Source: Paragordius varius
Lineage: Eukaryota; Animalia; Nematomorpha
DNA: 64,000 nt
NCBI GenBank assembly: GCA_964247055.1
Contig: OZ176056.1
Span: 2,480,001-2,544,000, forward strand
Direction of reading: 5' to 3'
Both the position numbers and the translations under genes were made by a program. Shown here one piece after another: positions 28,031 to 40,824 of the stretch (its first letter is position 1; each line of letters begins with the position of its first letter). The notes beneath the pieces are model-generated. The model ran no database searches, was not told the origin of the DNA, and worked only from the letters and a program-made list of their open reading frames with translations.

Positions 28031-31000
28031 TAAGGTGACCAGATTTTTTGAAGGAAAAAGCGGGACAAATCTGAGAATGGAGTGGGTCATTGGGGGATAC
28101 AACCAAAAAATTTTATTCAAAAAATTTATTGTAATATTTATTTATTTTTAACAAAATACATTATAAATATAAAAAAATTTGTACCTCACAGGTTGTTTGT
28201 ACCTTATTGAATAAATTTCCATGTGCACGAACAAAGGGTGAAGTTATTTTAATATTCTAGAAAAAAATATTAAAGACAAAATCATCACAAAGTGCGCTGG
28301 GTGATGCAAGAAGCGGCACAAAAATATTTTTAACAATTTAGCGAATAATCTTAATCAAAACATTATTGGCAGATACACAACGCTATTCAAACAGCTACTG
28401 ATTTGTTACCCCTGGATGTGGAAAATATAGATGTTAAAATGCTTGAATATTGTAGAACTGTTGGTTAGCTCTTTTGCCAGCGATTGAAATATTTATAAAA
28501 ATGTGATCTCCTAGAATCCTATTTTTTATCACAGGACAAAGGTCAAAATTCCAAAAAAAAGGTTAGAAAATAATTCTATACCATTACCTAATCGCAATAT
28601 TATAAAGCATCCAGAAAAACAAGGCTCAATGAATAGCCAGAATATAAAAATGTCTTATACAAACAGAAACGATTATTTGGAAGACAAGACGGTGCACAAT
28701 GACACTTTTTGATGACTCACTATTAAATAAATATATTGAATGAAAACTTATATTATGGACAACAGAAAAAAATACGTAGGATAGAAATGGTTACAATAAT
28801 CATTTTTAAACAAATTGTGTTCCATACAAAATTATTTTAATTGTAGAATTTGCATTATCTTTACCTGAACCACTGCTATTGAACGCGTTTTTCCACAGTA
28901 AATTAAGTAAGGACACGGAATCAAATTTAAATGTTGAATAAAAGCCATTTTGTGTGTTCAAATATAATTTGACAAATTATGAAGACTTATACAATATTTT
29001 ACGTGATTTTGTTTATTTTTTACACAAAAACTTTAAAGAAAATATTTTATTCTTTGGTATATTTTTTGTTTGAGTGAATGCGTTTTAGTCATCATTTTTT
29101 AAATATTGTAGAAGTCTTCACAAGAATTTTTCAAATTATATTTGACAGATAAAACGGCCTTTAAAGTTTCAACATTTAAATTTGATTTTTCCGATGTCCA
29201 CACCTGATTTACTGTGGAAAAAACGAGCTCAGTAGCTGCGTTGGTTCTAGGTAAAGATAGTGCGATTTCCACAATTTTTAAAATATTATTGTATGTAATA
29301 TAGTTGGCTTCAAAATGATGAAATATTTCCAACCATTTCTTTTCTAGTGTATATTTTCTTTTGTCCATAATTTAAGTTTTTCATTATTAATATATCTTTT
29401 AACTGATACTTCAGAAAAAAAGATCATTTTCTGAAAGATTACCTTTTGATAAATTTTGGGAGCAGATATAATCAAATGATTTTTGAACATCGCACCAATT
29501 AAATTCTGATTTTAATGTTATCCAATGAAAATGATCAACTTCAATGAATTGGGTCGTCCAGTCTTCCAAATAATCTTTACAGTTTGTATAAAACATTTTT
29601 AAATGGTACAGGATATCTTGGCGATTTATTAAGCCTTGTTCTAAATTATATATTATATTGCGGATGGTTAATAGTATAAAATTATTTCCTAACCGTTCTT
29701 GACATTGGAATTTTAGGTTACTAACTTCATTGGCTACTTCGATTGCCGAAATTTTGTCACCTTCTATAAATTTAATAACATTTTGAAAGAGAGAAGCTTG
29801 ATTATGTAAGAATTCTAACCATATTTTTGAACAATCACTTTCAAAAAACTTTTTTAAAGTTGTAGGACATTTGTCCTGTGATAATAAAAAAGATTTTAAA
29901 GGATCATACATTTTTAAAATTCTTCGATAGCTGGCATAAAAGCTAACCAACGAGTTTTACAATATTAAAGCATTTTTTGATATTGAACTTCTGCATTTTC
30001 ACAGAATTTTTTAAGCGTTTCCTACCGTGTATATATAAAAATAGGAATATATTTTAACAACTACATTTTCCACATCTAGGGGTAACAAATCAGCAGCTGT
30101 TTGAATAGCGTTGTCTATTGCGCTGCACACCCAACGCCAATAATGTTTTGATTAAGATTATCTGTTAATTTATGAAAAATATTTTTTTGTTCCTCTCCTT
30201 GCTTTTCCACCAAAGTTCATATTGGTGTTGTCAGCGCAATATACGATAATTTTGTATTTTAAATTACATTATTGAAGTAAATATTATTTCGGAATTTTCA
30301 CCGGGTAGGGAAATTAAATCTAAAATTTTAATTTTTTACTCCGGTTTCTGAATCAAAATATCTCATCAAAGTGGGAAATAATTTTGTTTTATGGTGATTT
30401 GATGCATCAGAGTATAGCGATATGGAATTAATTTTCAGCAAATCTTTTTGTATTTCAGAATATATATGTGGCGAAAGGACATTGCACACAATGGCTTCAG
30501 CCTTTGTACGGGCACATGTAAATTTTTTATGGAATAACGTGCGAATAACTTGTGAGGTACAGTCCATAGATCTAAAGGAATGATTGTGATTAACGGCGTG
30601 AAAAGATAACACGCACTCAGCTAGTGCCAAATTCTTTTCTTCCTCTCCAAAAGCGGTTTTCCAAAAAATCGCTCATTTTGTAAGATGATGCCGCCATATC
30701 TAAACATGTTTCTGTGTTTCCATATGCTTTGTAATATCATGCTTGCCGCCATGTGCTAGGGTGAATTCCCCCTCGCATATAAGACATTTAACAAATGATT
30801 CATTCTTCGTTTTTTTAATAAAAGGAAAATCCTTCATTAATTCATCGTTGAATTTACAACCTCTTTTTGTGCTCATATTTATAAACTACTATTAGTATAA
30901 TAAATATTATATTACCTTAATTTTCTGTGATAAACGTGTAAGGTACCGATTTGTGGTATTAATTTGGCTTTTTAATAATGTTGGCAAGTAATAAAACTAA

Positions 31001-31408
31001 AATATTAGTATAATAAATATTATATTACCTTAATTTTGTGAAATAAACGTGTAAGGTACCGATTTGTGGTATCAATTTGTCTTTTAATCTAGAGATTTGT
31101 GGTATTAACTTGGCTTTTTGATAATAATGACAGTAGTAGTAGGAAGTATAGTGTATAATCACATGATATAAATTCGAAAAAATAAATATTTTTAATTTAA
31201 AATAAAAAATTTTAATTTAAAATTGAATAGATTTTAAAGATATTTAATGATAAAAAATTTAAACGGACAAAAAAAATTTATTTGTATTAAAAAAAATTTT
31301 TTTTATATAATCATGAAAAAGCGGGACATTTAAAAACGTAGCAGGAAGCGGGACAAAGTGTGAAAAAGCGGGACTGTCCCGCCAAAAGCGGGACGTCTGG
31401 TCACCTTA
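28031..31408 (-). mobile_element. hAT DNA transposon, Blackjack-like, with decayed transposase
   Basis: TIR TAAGGTGACCAGA at both ends, perfect 8-bp TSD CTCATGCC (28023-28030, 31409-31416) and subterminal GCGGGAC repeats. Ends resemble the TAGGGTGACCA ends known from hAT-Blackjack (recalled, not searched). Confidence 0.93.
29060..30876 (-). pseudogene. hAT transposase pseudogene (frameshifts and stops)
   Basis: Starts MSTKRGCKFNDELMKDFPF and has a zinc-finger-like KCLICEGEF...KHMETQKH. Also SLYSDASNH (first catalytic D), ADNTNMNFGG, KTRWLAF and the dimerisation motif ALSLPRTNAATELVFS. It is split across ORF-track entries 30328, 29411 and 29099. Confidence 0.9.
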
Positions 31409-33155
31409 CTCATGCCTCAAATAAACGCATTATTTTTTAGCCAAACATTTTGTCGCAAAAAATTGTTTTGATTTGGAAATTTAGATATTAAAATTTTTAT
31501 CACAAAATCATATTTTTGTGTTTATTCAATAGCAATGCGTCCAAACTTTAGGCTATTAAAAAATAACCTGATGAAATTTTAACTGATATAATATGTCAGA
31601 ATTATCCAGGTGCTTTTGGTTTAAACACTTTCGAGTGATTTAAAAAGGTCATTTTACTTTTGTTGCAAGGGTTCATATAAGAAAATGGCAAAGTTGCGCA
31701 ATTTTTTGGTAAAAGTTAAATGTTTTATTTCAAAAAAATACCCCTAAAATATATAAAAAATCACATATAAAAACCACAGTAATAATTTAAAATTATTTTT
31801 AGGATGTGTGCTTCGAAATACAAATTTATTTGCTTAAGATGATATAATCTTTTAAAATAAAAGCAACAATGTAGAGATTGCCTTTAAGTTTTTTTTTGAA
31901 ATGTATAAAAAAATTCAATTAGAGAAATTTTGAATGCATACAATTTTGAGGCGTGATGGAAAATGTAAAAGACACTTTAAGAAATTTTTAAAGCACTTTT
32001 TATAGATTATGTCAAATATTTCTATCGCTTCATAGTTTAAATTAAAGCTGGCTTTCTTTAAAATTTTGATTATTTGTAAAAAGCAAATTTAACTTATTCA
32101 TGAAGATGAACAAATATTTCAATTCTGAAGTACTATAAATCTTCAGCATCATCGAGTGTTATTATAATGTTTTAAAGCGTTATACCGTTTCCATAATCCC
32201 TTAAAATTTAATGATGTACGCTTCAAAATTTTATAATAATTAAATTGAAAATACATTAATATTTTTCTACATATTTTACATTTTATCGCACAAGGCGTTT
32301 GCTCTTTCATTTTGAGAGAACTAGCCTATAGAAGAAAAAATGCAATATAGAGCCCACAAAAATTTTTAAAAATAGTTTTAATGCCTTTTTATCTAGTTTA
32401 AGATATATATTGAACTGATTTTGGAATGAAGCAAGCACAAAGTTTTATTTAAAAACTCAAATTTTTTTGTGACATGGATCACTTACCACAAAGTATAAAT
32501 TCTTAAATCGTAAGCGCCACTAAACTAACACAAAAATACTAATATATATATATTTATATATACAAGAATCACATATTACATCATTTTTTAAACCAAATGT
32601 TAATAACTTGGTTATTTTGTATTGACATGGTTTGGATAATTAATATGATATATTTTTATATATTGTTTTTAGATGATATAAACACAATCAATATAATATT
32701 GTAAAATAGTACATTAACAATTTTTTTAAAAAATATTTATAAATAATAATTTATAAAACATTTTTTCACATATCATTGTTTGGCTTACGCCATTTCTTGT
32801 GCCACATGATGATACAAAGGCGAATATGAATTTTTTTCTTAATTTTACGCTCGTTAATCTTAGTAGATGTCCATTAGTTCCGGCATTTATTGTAAGGCGC
32901 GAGCTATATAAATTATTTTTATATTTAAATTTTTATACATTTTATGTATACTTTTTATATATATGACAATGACAATTACCTTGACAACGTTATATGAATT
33001 GAGCTTTAGTAATCTGATGGCACAAATATTTTGACTATAATATTAGAATTCACGTTGAAAAAATATAGTTAAAACTTTTTTTGGAAATGAAGTAATTTAA
33101 AACTTATGCCTATTTTTAATATATGTAATTTATAGGAAAGTACGTTGCCTTACGA

Positions 33156-35553
33156 CAGTGGTACTCACCAAAAAAATTTGACAGCCAAATAAAACAATTT
33201 TTTTCGAGGGCCATGAACTTTTAATGGCTTCCATAGCTATTTAACACATATGCACATATTTATATTCTAAATCAGAATAATGAATTTTTGCAGATCGCAT
33301 GTAAATCCTAAAAACTGGTTTACCATTTAGTTTAAAAAATTAAAATATTTTGATAACAATTTTATTTCATTATGAACCAATATTTTTTGACAAATTTGGT
33401 TTCACCTCATGAGAGGCCTATCTTAATACGTCGTCCATATGATCATCGGTTAAGCAGTTTCTGTATGTATTTTTGACATATTTCATTTAATAATAAGACG
33501 TCTAGCACGTACATGTTGAGGGGAAAAGATTTAGGATAACTTGAGCTTAATATATTCTCATATTTATTTGGCACATCTTGTCAAAACTCCACATATCTTT
33601 CTTCTCTAAGATTCTCCTTGAATATAGCCTCCAAATTGGAATCATTTAAAATCTACGAATTCTTCAATGATATGCGCCTGATCAAAACCGAAATGCTCAA
33701 GTTGTTTAATATTAAATATATCCATATGCCATGGTTTTCAACGAGTTTTAAGCAATTTTTAATATATCTTAATTTTTGAAATTTGAATTATATCATTAGA
33801 TAAAAATGTTAGATGATCTATTATTAAATTAATCTCCGCGGTAAATTCCATATTTTCTTCATAAATCGTTTTAAGTGTTGGAAGATATGGGAGTGTTTTA
33901 TAAAATCTAGTTTATAATATTAATATTTAAAAGTTTATTTGCAAATTGGGTTATTATTTTGCTTCCTTGACGACGTATTAAAAAAGTATCTATGTAATGT
34001 CGCAAAGGTAGGCTAATAAAACCCACCATATGTCACTATTAATTTCCTCGTCCAACTTTCTGTTATCGTTTATAAAATAGAATTTCATGTCTTAAAACAA
34101 AAAATCTATATATCTGCTAAGGTTTAGCCATCTCAAAGCGGTGTACAAAAGAATATAATCAAACTGACTGTGGATATCTTTCAGAAGGTTTTTGAATTTA
34201 CGGCGGTTAAATTTTCTGCCACGGATGTGGTTAACTATATCCATAACCGTTTTAATTACTGAATTGAGTGAACGCGAAAAGTTTGATGAATAAAGCAGCG
34301 AAAGGATAAAATATTTTGTAAATTATATTTGTTTTTCAAAAGAGGAATAAATCCTTTGGTTATTGCAATCATAGAGGGACATCCATCTCTGCAGATCGAA
34401 ACCAATTTTTCATAGATTTACCATTACAATCGAAAATAATTATTTCGGGAAAATCACTTCCTTTCGTGGTATTATTCATTGGTAATAATTTAAAATATTT
34501 ATCGTTGGTTATGTTAAATCTTACGAAGAGCGCACATTGAAGTGTTTTACTAATATCAGTGCTAGAATCAATAGCATTTCTAAAATATTTGCAGTTTTTC
34601 AAAGCCAATAATGTATTGTTAAAAATATATTTAGACATATCTTCAATGCGTCGGCACATGTTGCAGAAAGTTGAAGTTTTCTAATTTGCCTCATGATTTG
34701 AACGTTATATGGAATTTATCAAATAAAAAAGTGCAACCATTTATTAGACATTCTTTTAGTTGGGTAAACGGTTTCATATTTTTTTCCTAAAATATAACAA
34801 ATATCATACGAATCTAATTATACAACTTTCTGGGAGAAAGCTATGGACATAATAGCTTTTCCTTTCTGGTATAATTCCTTAATTTTGTTATATTGGTAAT
34901 TTATGAGAAAAATAAATTGTAAAATTCTACAATATTGTATTTTTTTATAATAATGTTGTCCTTACATATAAGGTAGGTAACAACATTTTTATTTTAAACG
35001 ACAAAGGATATTTCTTCCCATTCTTTTTTAAAGGGCGATTTTCATCGGATAATTTACGTTTTTTAGCATTAGATGTCATCCTTTGAATTTATGTTTAAAT
35101 ATTATGTAAATTTTTTCAAAAAATAGAAATATAATTTGAATTACGCTATAAAAAAACAAGTTGAAATTTAATGATGTTTATTTGAAAAATATTTTATGGG
35201 AATGAGTTATAAAAAATGAGGCAGGATAGCTATGAAAAGAATATGTATATGCAAGTTTGGGTGAAAGGCTTGCTTAAATACAAAAAAGGAATGCAATAAA
35301 AATTTCAAAATAGAAAAGAAAATAGAATACAGAAACAGAAACAACGTGTGCCAAAATTTTGAAATTATTTTAATGTAGGGAAATTTTTCTACATTTTGAA
35401 TTGGGTAAAAAATAAAAACTACCAAAATTAAATCTAAAGAAAATATATAATAATATTAAAATAATCGAAAATTCGTTTATGTGTTAAAAAAATAATATAA
35501 ATGGTCAAATGGAAATTTATAGCATTCTTAGGGCCGCGGTTTGAGTATCACTG
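33156..35553 (-). mobile_element. hAT (Charlie/SPIN, GTF2IRD2-like) transposon with decayed transposase
   Basis: TIRs CAGTGGTACTCA / CAGTGATACTCA (reverse complement of the right end) and perfect 8-bp TSD CCTTACGA (33148-33155, 35554-35561). Minus-strand fragments: CRRIEDMS..AIDSSTDISKTLQCALFVR (ORF 34369-34659), RCFIHQ and YTALRWLN. Confidence 0.9.
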
Positions 35554-37104
35554 CCTTACGATATAGCAGAAGTACCTATACACCTCGCCTAACGTATTTC
35601 AATTACTTACGCGTCTTGGTTTTCGTTAGTAATTTAATAGAATTTACATACTACAACTGTTTTATAATATTTTTTTATAAATATAGAACATTCATATATT
35701 AAATATTAAAATCCTTTAAAACTACTTAATCCTTAGTTTTGGCTTTGAGGAATTTTTAACTAGATTGTGCGATTTTTTATCTGATCTACGTTGCGCATAT
35801 TCCTTGTTTCCTAGTCCTTGTACTACATGAGGCTTTTATATAGTAATATCATGCCAAAAATTTGATAAGAAAAATAAATTTACCATTTTTCAGTCAAAAG
35901 CAACATTTAATAACATCCAAACGCAATATTTTATCTTCTAAATTCAACATTTTTTCAGTTGTCTTTGCTTGAAAAATGTTACGTTTGGTCGAAAAATGAT
36001 GTTGACTGAAAAATGGTATCGTATTCATTGCCTCAAAAACTCAAAATACATTATAACAAGGCTTCTAGCAAATTCATGAGAAGGCTAAGGTGTTGCTTAA
36101 ACTATTAATTCGTATGCTGTTTTTTCTATAGTTTGTAAAAGATTTTTATAAAAAAACGGTCTCGAACAAGATGGCTGGCTGTGCCAAATCAATTTAAACA
36201 TAGTAAAAAATATGCTTAAGTCATCCTTACATTTCCCTTCAATTTACAATAAAAATACATATTGAATTTGTTGATTATGGGCAACATATTAAGATAATGT
36301 ATATATTTGTTTTAACTTCAAAATTTTTATACTTAGGTTATTATCCAATGATATTAAAATATTCATTTAAACTGAATGCAAGAAGCTCTTTGTAAGCGAC
36401 TTATCACAATCTAGTTATTCTGAATTAGAATATAAATAATGTGTGGCAAACAGCTATCCACCATTTAATAATTACTACTATTGTCGAAAATTTGCAACAA
36501 CCAATTCCCAAGATTACGGATATAAATTAGGGTAAAAAGTTAAAAAATTATATGTATTGGCATTTTTAATACCATATAAAATAAAGAAAAACATCCGTTT
36601 GCGACACGTAATTTGCAATTAATTAATGGCTGTCAATAACTAATTAAATTAAAAATAAAATTGTCCGGGATTGTATTTCTCCTAACTAATTAAACTGGAT
36701 ATATATGCATAGTTAATATGCCAATTTATAAAAAAATGTTTTTTGACATTAAATATGCATTAAAATTTTTTGCTAACAAAATGTAACTTCCTCATATATT
36801 GATGTTTTTAATTTCTGACGATCTTGACGCTAATAATTTGAGAACTAGATTTTTTAACCTATGGGTTTCGTAAAATAAAAGCAAAAATGTCGATATTGCG
36901 CTAAAATTTATGTATACGAAATCATGACATCAATTTTTTTATAACAACATTTTATTTAAAATATAATTTATAGAAATAGTATGTTGAAGCGGGTTTGGCA
37001 TTTTGAAACATTGTGGAAACGGTTTAAGATCTCATCAAAACACTTCTGACACTGAATCATGTATTTGGTCATAATATTCCTTCATCTTCAAATTTAATTA
37101 AATA

Positions 37105-37150
37105 TAGGGTGACCTAACGTCACGCTTTGGCGGACAGTCCCGATTTTTTA
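37105..37150 (+). mobile_element. Isolated Blackjack-type hAT terminus
   Basis: TAGGGTGACC..CGTCACGCTTTGGCGGACAGTCCCGATTTT closely matches the reverse complement of the element end at 31360-31408. Confidence 0.65.
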
Positions 37151-38623
37151 GCACGGGTAATATTTCAAGCTTTTAATGAGCTCCTATGGCTTCATAAATT
37201 TTCTGTAAGTTAACTCAAAAACAAAGCAATTTTTATATAGTGGCACTTCTTATGGGTAGCTCCTTACTCAGAGGCAGGTATAAAAAAGCGATAGCATTTT
37301 TCCTTTATATGGGGAATTTCTGGAATTATTATGGATTCCATATGTTCCTACAAGTTCTTAAAAATATTGCATTAAAACTAAAAATTGTTATATGGCGGCG
37401 CATTTTTCAGGGCGTAAAACTTTAATTAGCGACATAAATCAAAATATTTGTTTTTTAGGGTAATAAATATTTTCGGCCTTATTGAACTCACATCTCATGG
37501 GTTTTCTAAATTGGCTTCAAAGGCATGCTGCATCGATATGGTGACGCATTTTTACGCGGGTAGCCCCCCAGGGACGAAACAAAAAAACGCTCGATTAAAA
37601 TTTTTGCCTTAATTAGGGTAATGCCTAAAATCAAGATTGATTCGATATGCTCTCGTGGGATTTTCAAAAAATTGCCTCAAAACCAGAAAGTCATTTTAGG
37701 GTGACGCTTTTTTTATAGCGTAAAGGGCCTAATTAACGGCTAAATTAAAAACTCGACTAAACTTTTGTCTTTTTACAGGCAACCTTATTAAACTTAAATG
37801 ACCTGATAAGTTTTCAGAAAATCAACTCCTAAACAGCGCATTCTTGAAATAATGGCACAGTGATACAAAAAAGCGCTTGATTAAAATGTTGGCCTTTTTA
37901 CGGAGAATACCTGGAATCATGATTGATTCCATATGCTCTGATTTGTTTTTGGAATTGTCTCAAAACTGAAAGTTCTCTATGGTGGCGCATTTTTCAGGAC
38001 GTGAAGGGCTTAATTAAAGGCTAATTTAAAAAAACCGCACGACCTAAATTTTTGCCTTGCTACAGGTAATATTTTAACCTATTGAACTCATATGGCGTGA
38101 TAATTTTTCTGAAATTTAGCCCCAAAGGCACGCTATTTCGATATGACGGGTCATTTTTAGCGGGTATATATTTACCCAGCAGCCAATATAAAAAAAATGC
38201 AACACTAAAACTTTTGCATTTAAACAGGGAATACTTGGAATCCTCATTGAATTTTTACGGTCTCAGACGAAATTTTTTTGAAAAAAATGGCATTTTACGG
38301 GGGGAGCGGGTAAAAAGAGGGCCTAAATTAAAAAAGCGAGCCGACTATGTTCGGCGCAATCGAAAATAAGTAAAAAAAATCATATTTGAAATCGAATGGT
38401 TCAACACCTTTCCGGAAAATTGTCTCTAAGACACGATTTTTGTGGACTTGTGTTACCGTTTTTTACACGGGGTGGCTCCGAACTGGGATCTAATTAAAAA
38501 AAAGGCGAAGCTATTGTCGGGGCATTCATTAATGATTATTTTTTTTCAATGTTTGGATTCGAAGGTCTACCGGTTTTCCGGAAACAGATCACTAAGCCAG
38601 CATTTTTCATTTTAATAAATAGA
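37150..38623 (-). mobile_element. Second copy of the Helitron-like element, inverted and 3'-truncated, with four internal units
   Basis: The reverse complement starts A|TCTATTTATTAAAATG and is collinear with 13538-14900. Unit anchors are at ~38241, 37917, 37631 and 37326. The 3' hairpin is absent, and the copy abuts a Blackjack-type end. Confidence 0.7.
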
Positions 38624-39508
38624 TAATTTAAAATTGATAACAACCGCTCAAACAAAATTACTCAACTTAAAAATATATTAAGGAATGAAATATTATACTT
38701 TTATAGTTATAAATTGTATTATTTTAAAATTACGATATTATTTTTTGTTAGAGTTGATAATGACCCCCCTTCCCTTCAGATTTTTCCCGCTTTTTCTATT
38801 TAAAAATCTGGTCACACTAGTTAAATACAAGTTTTTTTACTTTATAGCTTGTGAATCACATCATATCAATAAAGTGATAGAATTATTCAGCATTATCGAA
38901 ATTAATATTCTTTTTATTTAATAAATTACCACAAAACTGGTTCTAACATTTCGATATTAATTAAATATTTTTAGAAAAATATCCATTTTTTATAAAAAGA
39001 TTCAAATCTTATAATTTAGCATATAACAAAAATATTTATTGCGCAATCACGATTTCTGCGTTTATAAGAGGAGTTGCGTATTTTGGAGAAGTCCATAATT
39101 TGCGACTTTAGAAGCCGGATAAATATTAAAAGTAATATTGGTCTGCTTTTTTAAGCTTATGATATTTTTAATAGTTTTTAAATGAGGTTTGATTTTCACC
39201 AAAATATTGAAATTTGTGATCTGATATGGAGCAGCCTAAGTAAAAATAATTATTTTAAATTACTGGTAAGGCCCAAAACCTAAGCATCATGAAAACCCTA
39301 ATAAGAATATATATATATTTCGCATTTTTCAGAACCCGATTTTTACTGTGTATATTTGAGCTCTCCCAAATTTAATAAAATTGCTATAATGAATGGTATC
39401 TACAGATATTTTTGTGAATATATTTTTTGATTCATTCTTAATCCCCTAATAAATAATATTTTTTAAAATTTGGTATGTATCGCATATTTCCACCTCATAA
39501 TTAGTTTA

Positions 39509-39731
39509 CAGTCATGTATCCTTTATTTTATCAAATTTTTTTTTCGTTAAATGGGTCAAAATATTTGGCAAAGAATGGAAAAAACAAGAGCTCTATGGTA
39601 ATTCTTATACTTTTTTGATGAATATGATATTGTTAGTACCATAGAGCTCTTGTTTTTTCCATTCTTTACCAAATATTTATAACCATTTAACGAAAAAAAA
39701 TTTTTTTGATAAAATAAAGAATACATGACTG
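39509..39731. mobile_element. Fold-back MITE flanked by TA (copy 2)
   Basis: Same termini and near-identical arms as 5394-5624, with ~95-bp arms and a ~35-bp loop. Confidence 0.85.
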
Positions 39732-40824
39732 TAAGTTTGGATTTATATATTCTAATATAATAATAAATCGTATATAGTGGTTTGGCCCAATCATATATTA
39801 TGATTTAACCTTTATTTGGATACAAATATGGGGCTAAGAAATCTTGGACCGAAAATTGTAGTAGATACGTGCTGTGATACTTTTTTATTCTTTTGATTTG
39901 ATTATAGGGTTATGTTAGATTTTTATCGTTTTTAGTGGCTTTTAATTACCTAGCCTTTTAAGATGCAAAAACATTCGCAAAGTAGATATTGCAGGCTTCT
40001 TACTTTATAAAAAATATGAAAGAAAAATCCCATTTAAACTTGGAAATGTAAAAATTGGCTTTTAGATATTTTATTATAGAAGTGTCGAACATGCGGCCCT
40101 TAGAAATACTTTGTGCGGACCACGAAAAATTGGGAAAATACAAAATAAGTACTGATTCCTCAATTTCCAAAATATGCTGAACACAGTAATTTTGGCAAAT
40201 TTTAATCTTAATATATGTTTTTACCAAATTTTGGCACCAAATTATGAAAAATGCTTATAAAAATAAGAGCGAATTTTCCTAAATTTTTATAGTCTTATGT
40301 TTGAAACATATAATATTATTAATGTTTATTATCGAATACTACCCTACTGAAATTCTAATAACCAGGTTCAGGTTTGCCCTAGTTAAAAACAATAAAAATA
40401 CATTTTACCAACTTTTAATCTAGCAATAATGAAAAACGAACGATGTAATTTCAATCACACATAGCTTAAGTATAAATTTAATTTCAATACATGATGTTTT
40501 TTTAGTAATTTAGTTACCTATATTTAATTTTTAAATGTTATAGCCTGCTGGTGGTATATTGGTTGCTATATATAACATATATAAAATAAAATATTTTTCC
40601 AGTCAAAACAAGCACTAAAAACCTTGTAAAAACAAGTTTTTTTTAGTTCGTTTACCCCCTTTTTTGCTGTAGTAGACAATTTAAATTCAAATCATTATTA
40701 TAACTTGTAAACAATCCCATAAATTATTGTATTTTAAATATAAATTTGTTGTAAATAAGTTCAAGTTCCATAAAATATATAAAGGCCTTTAATTTAAATA
40801 TAAAGATATATTTTACAATTAATT

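Noticed and set aside
31950-32330. Possible further hAT transposase debris
   Set aside because: Only vague motif resemblance, with no catalytic motif or termini identified.
38082-38369. 95-aa ORF (and the 63-aa ORF at 13956-14147)
   Set aside because: Both lie within non-coding Helitron tandem units, are not conserved in frame between copies and show no Rep/helicase motifs.
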